From Eledone cirrhosa (taxonomy: Eukaryota), in assembly GCA_964016885.1 (NCBI GenBank), contig OZ024743.1, positions 297,352,001 through 297,416,000 on the forward strand: a DNA stretch of 64,000 nucleotides, in the 5' to 3' direction. The notes beneath the pieces are model-generated. The model had not been told where the DNA came from. It saw only the letters and a program-made list of their open reading frames with translations, and did no database searches. Positions 54,701 through 64,000 of the stretch are shown here, piece by piece. Numbering within the stretch: the first letter of the stretch is position 1; every line of letters starts with the position of its first letter. The position numbers and the translations under genes were made by a program.

Positions 54701-57700
54701 GGAGATACCAGTGACGTATGTAAGAGTTAGGAGAGGAGATACCAGTGACGTATGTAAGAGTTAGGAGAGGAGATACCAGTGATGTATGGAAGAGTTAGGA
54801 AGTAGATACCAGTGACGTATGTAAGAGTTAGGAGATACCAGTGACGTATGCAAGAGTTAGGAGAGGAGATACCAGTGACGTATGTAAGTGTTAGGGGAAG
54901 AGATACCAGTGACGTATGTAAGAGTTAGGAGAGGAGATACCAGTGACGTATGTAAGAGTTAGGAGAGGAGATACCAGTGACGTATGGAAGAGTTAGGAGA
55001 TACCAGTGACGTATGTAAGAGTTAGGAGAGGAGATACCAGTGACGTATGTAAGTGTTAGGGGAAGAGATACCAGTGACGTATGTAAGAGTTACGAGAGGA
55101 GATACCAGTGACGTATGTAAGTGTTAGGGGAGGAGATACCAGTGACGTATGTAAGAGTTAGGAGAGGAGATATCAGTGACGTATGTCAGAGTTAGGAAGG
55201 AGATACCAGTGCTGTATGTAAGTGTTACGAGAGGAGATACCAGTGTCGAATGTAAGAGCTACGGGAGGAGATACCAGTGACGTATGTAAGAGTTAGGAGA
55301 GGTGATACCAGTGCCGTATGTAAGAGTTAGGGGAGGAGATACCAGTGACGTATGTAAGAGTTAGGAGAGGAGATACCAGTGACGTATGTAAGAGCTAGGG
55401 GAGGAGATACCAGTGACGTATGTAAGAGTTAGGAGAGGAGATACCAGTGACGTATGTAAGAGTTAGGAGAGGAGATACCAGTGACGTATGTAAGAGTTAG
55501 GAGAGGAGATACCAGTGACGTATGTAAGAGTTAGGAGAGGAGATACCAGTGACGTATGTAAGAGTTAGGAGAGGAGATACCAGTGACGTATGGAAGAGTT
55601 AGGAAGGAGATATCAGCGACGTATGTAAGAGTTAGCAAGGAGATACCAGTGACGTATGTAAGAGTTAGGGGAGGAGATACCAGTGACGTATGTAAGAGTT
55701 AGGAGAGGAGATACCAGTGACGTATGTAAGAGTTAGGAGAGGAGATATCAGTGACGTTTGGAAGAGTTAGGAAGGAGATATCAGTGACGTATGTAAGAGT
55801 TAGGAGAGGAGATACCAGTGACGTATGTAAGAGTTAGGGGAGGAGATACCAGTGACGTATGTAAGAGTTAGGAGAGGAGATACCAGTGACGTTTGTAAGA
55901 GTTAGGAGAGGAGATACCAGTGACGTATGTATGAGTTAGGAGAGGAGATACCAGTGACGTATATAAGAGTTATGAAGGAGATATCAGTGACGTATGTAAG
56001 AGTTAGGAGAGGAGATACCAGTGACGTATGTAAGAGTTCGGAGAGGAGATACCAGTGACGTACGTAAGAGTTAGGAGAGGAGATACCAGTGACGTATGTA
56101 AGAGTTAGGAGAGGAGATACCACTGACGTATGTAAGAGTTAGGAGAGGATATACCAGTGACGTATGTAACAGTTATGAGAGGAGATACCAGTGACGTATG
56201 TAAGAGTTAGGGGAGGAGATACCAGTGACGTATGTCAGAGTTAGGAGAGGAGATACCAGTGACGTATGTAAGCGTTAGGAGAGGAGATACCAGTGACGTA
56301 TTTATGTGTTAGGGGAGGAGATACCAGTGCCGTATGTAAGACTTAGGAAGGAGATACCAGTGACGTATGTAAGAGTTACGAGAGGAGATACCAGTGACGT
56401 ATGTAAGTGTTAGGGGAGGAGATACCAGTGACGTATGTAAGAGTTAGGAGAGGAGATACTAGTGACGTATGTAAGAGTTAGGAGAGGAGATATCAGTGAC
56501 GTATGTCAGAGTTAGGATAGGAGATACCAGTGACGTATTTAAGTGTTAGGGGAGGAGATACCAGTGCCGTATGTAAGAGTTAGGAGAGGAGATATCAGTG
56601 ACGTATGTCAGAGTTAGGAGAGGATATACCAGTGACGTATGTGAGAGTTAGGGGAGGAGATACCAGTGACGTATGTAAGAGTTATGAGAGGGGATACCCG
56701 TGACGTATGTAAGAGTTAGGAGAGGAGATACCAGTGACGTATGTAAGAGTTAGGGGAGGAGATACCAGTGACGTATGTAAGAGTTTGGAGAGGAGATACC
56801 ATTGACGTATGTAAGAGTTAGGAGAGGAGATATCAATGACGTATGTAAGAGTTAGGAGAGGAGATACCAGTGACGTATGTAAGTGTTACGAGAGGAGATA
56901 TCAGTGACGTATGTAAGAGTTAGGAGAGGAGATACCAGTGACGTATGTAAGAGTTAGGAGAGGAGATAGTAGTGACGTATGTAAGAGTTAGGAGAGGAGA
57001 TACCAGTGACGTATGTAAGAGTTAGGGGAGGAGATACCAGTGACGTATGTAAGAGTTAGGAGAGGATATACCAGTGACGTATGTAAGAGTTAGGAGAGGA
57101 GATACCAGTGACGTATGTAAGAGTTAGGAAGGAGATACCAGTGCCGTATGTAAGTGTTACGAGAGGAGATATCAGTGACGTATGTAAGAGTTAGGAGAGG
57201 AGATACCAGTGACGTATGTAAGAGTTAGGAGAGGAGATACCAGTGACGTATGTAAGAGTTAGGAGAGGAGATACCAGTGACGTATGTAAGAGTTAGGGGA
57301 GGAGATACCAGTGACGTATGTAAGAGTTAGGAGAGGATATACCAGTGACGTATGTAAGAGTTAGGAGAGGAGATACCAGTGACGTATGTAAGAGTTAGGG
57401 GAGGAGATACCAGTGACGTATGTAAGAGTTAGGAGAGGATATACCAGTGACGTATGTAAGAGTTAGGGGAGGAGATACCAGTGCCGTATGTAAGTGTTAC
57501 GAGAGGAGATACCAGTGCCGTATGTAAGAGTTAGGGGAGGAGATACCAGTGACGTATGTAAGAGTTAGGAGAGGAGATACCAGTGCCGTATGTAAGAGTT
57601 AGGGGAGGAGATACCAGTGACGTATGTAAGAGTTAGGTGAGGAGATACCAGTGACGTATGTAAGAGCTAGGGGAGGAGATACCAGTGACGTATGTAAGAG

Positions 57701-60700
57701 TTAGGAGAGGAGATATCAGTGACGTATGTCAGAGTTAGGAAGGAGATACCAGTGCCGTATGTAAGTGTTACGAGAGGAGATACCAGTGACGTATGTAAGA
57801 GCTAGGGGAGGAGATACCAGTGACGTATGTAAGAGTTAGGAGAGGAGATACCAGTGCCGTATGTAAGAGTTAGGGGAGGAGATACCAGTGACGTATGTAA
57901 GAGTTAGGGGAGGAGATACCAGTGACGTATGTAAGAGCTAGGGGAGGAGATACCAGTGACGTATGTAAGAGTTAGGAGAGGAGATACCAGTGCCGTATGT
58001 AAGAGTTAGGAGAGGAGATACCAGTGACGTATGTAAGAGTTAGGAGAGGAGATACCAGTGACGTATGTAAGAGTTAGGAGATGAGATACCAGTGACGTAT
58101 GTAAGAGTTAGGAGAGGAGATACCAGTGACGTATGTAAGAGTTAGGAGAGGAGATACCAGTGACGTATGGAAGAGTTAGGAAGGAGATATCAGCGACGTA
58201 TGTAAGAGTTAGCAAGGAGATACCAGTGACGTATGTAAGAGTTAGGGGAGGAGATACCAGTGACGTATGTAAGAGTTAGGGGAGGAGATACCAGTGACGT
58301 ATGTCAGAGTTAGGAGAGGAGATACCAGTGACGTATGTACGCGTTAGGAGAGGAGATACCAGTGACGTATTTCAGTGTTAGGGGAGGAGATACCAGTGAC
58401 GTATGGAAGAGTTAGGAAGGAGATACCAGTGACGTATGTAAGAGTTACGAGAGGAGATACCAGTGACGTATGTAAGTGTTAGGGGAGGAGATACCAGTGA
58501 CGTATGTAAGAGTTAGGAGAGGAGATACTAGTGACGTATGTAAGAGTTAGGAGAGGAGATATCAGTGACGTATGTCAGAGTTAGGAGAGGAGATACCAGT
58601 GACGTATTTAAGTGTTAGGGGAGGAGATACCAGTGCCGTATGTAAGAGTTAAGAAGGAGATACCAGTGACGTATGTAAGTGTTAGGGGAGGAGATACCAG
58701 TGACGTATGTAAGAGTTAGGAGAGGAGATACTAGTGACGTATGTAAGGGTTAGGAGAGGAGATATCAGTGACGTATGTCAGAGTTAGGAGAGGATATACC
58801 AGTGACGTATATAAGAGTTAGGGGAGGAGATACCAGTGACGTATGTAAGAGTTATGAGAGGGGATACCCGTGACGTATGTAAGAGTTAGGAGAGGAGATA
58901 CCAGTGACGTATGTAAGAGTTAGGGGAGGAGATACCAGTGACGTATGTAAGAGTTTGGAGAGGAGATACCATTGACGTATGTAAGAGTTAGGAGAGGAGA
59001 TATCAATGACGTATGTAAGAGTTAGGAGAGGAGATACCAGTGACGTATGTAAGAGTTATGAAGGAGATATCAGTGACGTATGTAAGAGTTAGGAGAGGAG
59101 ATACCAGTGACGTATGTAAGAGTTCGGAGAGGAGATACCAGTGACGTACGAAAGAGTTAGGAGAGGAGATACCAGTGACGTATGTAAGAGTTAGGAGAGG
59201 AGATACCACTGACGTATGTAAGAGTTAGGAGAGGATATACCAGTGACGTATGTATCAGTTAGGAGAGGAGATACCAGTGACGTATGTAAGAGTTAGGGGA
59301 GGAGATACCAGTGACGTATGTCAGAGTTAGGAGAGGAGATACCAGTGACGTATGTAAGCGTTAGGAGAGGAGATACCAGTGACGTATGTAAGTGTTAGGG
59401 GAGGAGATACCAGTGACGTATGTAAGAGTTAGGAGAGGAGATACCAGTGACGTATGTAAGAGTTAGGAGAGGAGATATCAGTGACGTATGTCAGAGTTAG
59501 GAAGGAGATACCAGTGCCGTATGTAAGTGTTACGAGAGGAGATACCAGTGACGTATGTAAGAGCTAGGGGAGGAGATACCAGTGACGTATGTAAGAGTTA
59601 GGAGAGGAGATACCAGTGCCGTATGTAAGAGTTAGGGGAGGAGATACCAGTGACGTATGTAAGAGTTAGGGGAGGAGATACCAGTGACGTATGTAAAAGC
59701 TAGGAGAGGAGATACCAGTGACGTATGTAAGAGTTAAGAGAGGAGATACCAGGGACGTATGTAAGAGTTAGGAGAGGAGATACCAGTGACGTATGTAAGA
59801 GTTAGGAGAGGAGATACCAGTGACGTATGTAAGAGTTAGGAGAGGAGATACCAGTGACGTATGTAAGAGTTAGGAGAGGAGATACCAGTGACGTATGGAA
59901 GAGTTAGGAAGGAGATATCAGCGACGTATGTAAGAGTTAGCAAGGAGATACCAGTGACGTATGAAAGAGTTAGAGGAGGAGATACCAGTGACGTATGTAA
60001 GAGTTAGGGGAGGAGATACCAGTGACGTATGTCAGAGTTAGGAGAGGAGATACCAGTGACGTATGTAAGCGTTAGGAGAGGAGATACCAGTGACGTATGT
60101 AAGAGTTAGGAGAGGAGATACTAGTGACGTATGTAAGAGTTAGGAGAGGAGATATCAGTGACGTATGTCAGAGTTAGGAGAGGAGATACCAGTGACGCAT
60201 TTAAGTGTTAGGGGAGGAGATACCAGTGCCGTATGTAAGAGTTAGGAAGGAGAAACCAGTGACGTATGTAAGAGTTACGAGAGGAGATACCAGTGACGTA
60301 TGTAAGTGTTAGGGGAGGAGATACTAGTGACGTATGTAAGAGTTAGGAGAGGAGATACTAGTGACGTATGTAAGAGTTATGAGAGGGGATACCCGTGACG
60401 TATGTAAGAGTTAGGAGAGGAGATACCAGTGACGTATGTAAGAGTTAGGGGAGGAGATACCAGTGACGTATGTAAGAGTTTGGAGAGGAGATATCAATGA
60501 CGTATGTAAGAGTTAGGAGAGGAGATACCAGTGACGTATGTAAGTGTTACGAGAGGAGATATCAGTGACGTATGTAAGAGTTAGGAGAGGAGATACCAGT
60601 GACGTATGTAAGAGTTAGGAGAGGAGATACCAGTGACGTATGTAAGAGTTAGGAGAGGAGATACCAGTGACGTATGTAAGAGTTAGGGGAGGAGATACCA

Positions 60701-61620
60701 GTGACGTATGTAAGAGTTAGGAGAGGATATACCAGTGACGTATGTAAGAGTTAGGAGAGGAGATACCAGTGACGTATGTAAGAGTTAGGGGAGGAGATAC
60801 CAGTGACGTATGTAAGAGTTAGGGGAGGAGATACCAGTGACGTATGTAAGAGTTAGGGGAGGAGATACCAGTGACGTATGTAAGAGTTAGGGGAGGAGAT
60901 ACCAGTGAAGTATGTAAGAGTTAGGAGAGGAGACACCAGTGACGTATGTAAGAGTTAGGAGAGGAGATACCAGTTACGTATGTAAGAGTTAGGGGAGGAG
61001 ATACCAGTGACGTATGTAAGAGTTAGGAGAGGAGATACCAGTGACGTATGTAAGAGTTATGGGAGGAGATACCAGTGACGCATGTAAGTGTTAGGGGAAG
61101 AGATACCAGTGACGTATGTAAGAGTTACGAGAGGAGATACCAGTGACGTATGTAAGTGTTAGGGGAGGAGATAGCAGTGACGTATGTAAGAGTTAGGAGA
61201 GGACATACCAGTGACGTATGTCAGAGTTAGGAGAGGAGATATCAGTGACGTATGTCAGAGTTAGGAAGGAGATACCAGTGCCGTATGTAAGTGTTACGAG
61301 AGGAGATACGAGTGACGTATGTAAGAGCTAGGGGAGGAGATACCAGTGACGTATGTAAGAGTTAGGAGAGGAGATACCAGTGCCGTATGTAAGAGCTAGG
61401 GGAGGAGATACCAGTGACGTATGTAAGAGTTAGGAGAGAAGATACCAGTGACGTATGTAAGAGCTAGGGGAGGAGATACCAGTGACGTATGTAAGAGTTA
61501 GGAGAGGAGATACCAGTGAGGTATGTAAGAGTTAGGAGAGGAGATACCAGTGACGTATGTAAGAGTTAGGGGAGGAGATACCAGTGACGTATGTAAGAGT
61601 TACGAGAGGAGATACCAGTG
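45770..61620 (+). repeat. ~8-kb tandem duplication (copy 1 ~45.8-53.55 kb, copy 2 ~53.55-61.6 kb)
   Basis: Pseudo-ORFs at 45793/53579 are 7,786 apart. TTTATGTGTT at 48351/56301 and ACTTAGGAAG at 48391/56341 are 7,950 apart. TACGAAAG at 50821/59147 is 8,326 apart and TGGGAG at 52971/61060 is 8,089 apart. Marker order is colinear. Confidence 0.92.
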
Positions 61621-62279
61621 ACGTATGTATGTGTTATGACAGGAGATATCAGTGACGTAGTAAGAGTTAGGAGAGGAGATACCAGTGAAGTATGTAAGAG
61701 TTAGGAGAGGAGATACCAGTGACGTATGTAAGAGTTAGGAGAGGAGATACCAATGACGTATGTATGAGTTAGGAGAGGAGATACCAGTGACGTATGGAAG
61801 CGTTAGGAAGGAGATATCAGTGACGTATGTAAGAGTTAGCAAGGAGATACCAGTGACGTATGTAAGAGTTAGGGGAGGAGATACCAGTGACGTATGTAAG
61901 AGTTAGGAGAGGAGATACCAGTGGCGTATGTAAGAGTTAGGAGAGGAGATACCAGTGACGTATGGAAGAGTTAGGAAGGAGATATAGGTGACGTATGTAA
62001 GAGTTAGGAGAGGAGATACCAGTGACATATGTAAGAGTTAGGAGAGGAGATAACAGTGACGTATGTAAGAGTTAGGAGAGGAGATACCAGTGACGTTCGT
62101 AAGAGTTAGGAGAGGAGATACCAGTGACGTATGTATGAATTAGGAGAGGAGATACCAGTGACGTATGTAAGAGTTAGGAAGGAGATATCAGTGACGTATG
62201 TAAGAGTTAGGAGAGGAGATACCAGTGACGTATGTAAGAGTTCGGAGAGGAGATACCAGTGACGTATGTAAGAGTTAGG

Positions 62280-64000
62280 AGAGGAGATACTAGTAACGTA
62301 TGTAAGAGTTAGGAGAGGAGATATCAGTGACGTATGTCAGAGTTAGGAGAGGATATACCAGTGACGTATGTAAGAGTTAGGGGAGGAGATACCAGTGACG
62401 TATGTAAGAGTTATGAGAGGGGATACCCGTGACGTATGTAAGAGTTAGAAGAGGAGATACCAGTGACCTATGTAAGAGTTATGAGAGGAGATACCAGTGA
62501 CGTATGTAAGAGTTAGGAGAGGAGATACCAGTGACGTATGTAAGTGTTACGAGAGGAGATACCAGTGACGTATGTAAGAGTTAGGAGAGGAGATACCAGT
62601 GACGTACGTAAGAGCTAGGAGAGGAGATACCAGTGACGTATGTAAGAGTTAGGAGAGGAGATACCAGTGACGTATGTAAGAGTTAGGAGAGGAGATACCA
62701 GTGACGTATGGAAGAGTTAGGAAGGAGATACCAGTGACGTATGTAAGAGTTAGGAGATACCAGTGACGTATGCAAGAGTTAGGAGAGGAGATACCAGTGA
62801 CGTATGTAAGAGTTAGGAGTGGAGATACCAGTGACGTATGTAAGTGTTAGGGGAAGAGATACCAGTGACGTATGTAAGAGTTACGAGAGGAGATACCAGT
62901 GACGTATGTAAGTGTTAGGGGAGGAGATACCAGTGACGTATGTAAGAGTTAGGAGAGGAGATACCAGTGACGTATGTAAGAGTTAGGAGAGGAGATACCA
63001 GTGCCGTATGTAAGAGTTAGGGGAGGAGATACCAGTGACGTATGTAAGAGCTAGGGGAGGAGATACCAGTGACATATGTAAGAGTTAGGAGAGGAGATAC
63101 TAGTAACGTATGTAAGAGTTAGGAGAGGAGATATCAGTGACGTATGTCAGAGTTAGGAGAGGATATACCAGTGACGTATGTAAGAGTTAGGGGAGGAGAT
63201 ACCAGTGACGTATGTAAGAGTTATGAGAGGGGATACCCGTGACGTATGTAAGAGTTAGGAGAGGAGATACCAGTGACCTATGTAAGAGTTATGAGAGGAG
63301 ATACCAGTGACGTATGTAAGAGTTAGGAGAGGAGATACCAGTGACGTATGTAAGTGTTACGAGAGGAGATACCAGTGACGTATGTAAGAGTTAGGAGAGG
63401 AGATACCAGTGACGTATGTAAGAGCTAGGAGAGGAGATACCAGTGACGTATGTAAGAGTTAGGAGAGGAGATACCAGTGACGTATGTAAGAGTTAGGAGA
63501 GGAGATACCAGTGACGTATGTAAGAGTTAGGAGATACCAGTGACGTATGCAAGAGTTAGGAGAGGAGATACCAGTGACGTATGTAAGAGTTAGGAGAGGA
63601 GATACCAGTGACGTATGTAAGAGTTAGGAGATACCAGTGACGTATGCAAGAGTCAGGAGAGGAGATACCAGTGACGTATGTAAGAGTTAGGAGAGGAGAT
63701 ACCAGTGACGTATGTAAGTGTTAGGGGAAGAGATACCAGTGACGTATGTAAGAGTTACGAGAGGAGATACCAGTGACGTATGTAAGTGTTAGGGGAGGAC
63801 ATACCAGTGACGTATGTAAGAGTTAGGAGAGGAGATACCAGTGACGTATGTAAGAGTTAGGAGAGGAGATACCAGTGCCGTATGTAAGAGTTAGGGGAGG
63901 AGATACCAGTGACGTATGTAAGAGCTAGGGGAGGAGATACCAGTGACGTATGTAAGAGTTAGGAGAGGAGATACCAGTGACGTATGTAAGAGTTAGGAGA
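62280..64000 (+). repeat. Tandem duplication with 810-bp (24-monomer) offset
   Basis: TAGTAACGTA at 62291/63101 and CAGTGACCTA at 62461/63271 are both 810 apart. Confidence 0.85.

Larger units (their letters stand above)
1..64000 (+). repeat. Tandem satellite array, 34-bp monomer GATACCAGTGACGTATGTAAGAGTTAGGAGAGGA, ~1,890 copies, single orientation, open at both ends
   Basis: The monomer is directly readable on every line. Most copies are consensus or differ by 1-3 nt, and a minority are 33 bp (e.g. TTAGGAAGGAGAT, TTAGCAAGGAGAT) or 29 bp. No intervening unique DNA was seen. The consensus is 44% GC (A12 G12 T7 C3). Confidence 0.99.

Noticed and set aside
15578-59209. Thirteen minus-strand ORFs of 61-73 aa (MVSPLLTLTYVTGISSPNSY...)
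   Set aside because: They are translations of the repeat. Because 34 is not a multiple of 3, the frame cycles every 102 bp and normally hits TAA. The ORFs open only where a TTA variant (e.g. GTTCGG) or a 33-bp monomer removes or skips the stop, and they start at a variant-created GTG. There is no unique coding sequence, so they are useful only as duplication markers.
1-64000. CRISPR array (unit length is in the CRISPR repeat range)
   Set aside because: There are no unique spacers, leader or cas genes. Monomers abut directly.
1-64000. loxP/FRT-like 34-bp recombinase sites or a hairpin-forming unit
   Set aside because: There are no 13-bp inverted arms. Only a 4-bp ATAC/GTAT inverted pair and the ACGT palindrome are present.
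1-64000. Sequencing or rolling-circle concatemer artefact, or synthetic array
   Set aside because: Variants recur as ordered multi-monomer haplotypes at many nested periods, which random read error or copying of one circle would not produce. The exact copy number of individual blocks could still be mis-assembled.
1-64000. Shine-Dalgarno-like AGGAG/GGAGG in each monomer, or a repeat-protein gene on the + strand
   Set aside because: The + strand carries TGA, TAA and TAG in each consensus monomer, closing all frames, and no downstream ORF exists.
1-64000. Canonical telomere tract or strong G-quadruplex array
   Set aside because: TTAGG/TTAGGG occurs once per 34 bp and never in tandem. Runs of three or more G appear only in some variants and lie ~30 nt apart.
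1-64000. Variant monomers as an encoded message or diversity-generating cassette system
   Set aside because: The variant order is explained by nested duplication and deletion. No recombinase, reverse transcriptase or expression locus is present in the window to support such a system.

Overview
The whole 64 kb window is one uninterrupted, head-to-tail tandem array (satellite/minisatellite DNA) of a 34-bp monomer, consensus GATACCAGTGACGTATGTAAGAGTTAGGAGAGGA, roughly 1,890 copies (64,000 divided by ~33.9). It runs off both ends of the window. I saw no unique sequence, spacer, inversion, transposon, RNA gene or credible protein-coding gene, and the 13 listed ORFs are by-products of the repeat. 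The information lies in the order of variant monomers. Rare substitutions and 33-, 30- and 29-bp monomers recur in fixed order and reveal nested duplications with periods of about 0.27, 0.81, 1.22, 1.93, 2.0-2.4, 2.74, 3.22, ~8 and ~23.9 kb. They also define two variant domains arranged A-B-A'-B'. The monomer is strongly strand-asymmetric (12 G vs 3 C, 24/34 purines) and contains TTAGG and a CRE/ATF-like GTGACGTA. The sequence looks like eukaryotic heterochromatic, subtelomeric or centromeric satellite, but organism and function cannot be determined from it. I found no evidence of a novel gene-encoded system. All offsets were read by eye from marker variants, and block boundaries are approximate.
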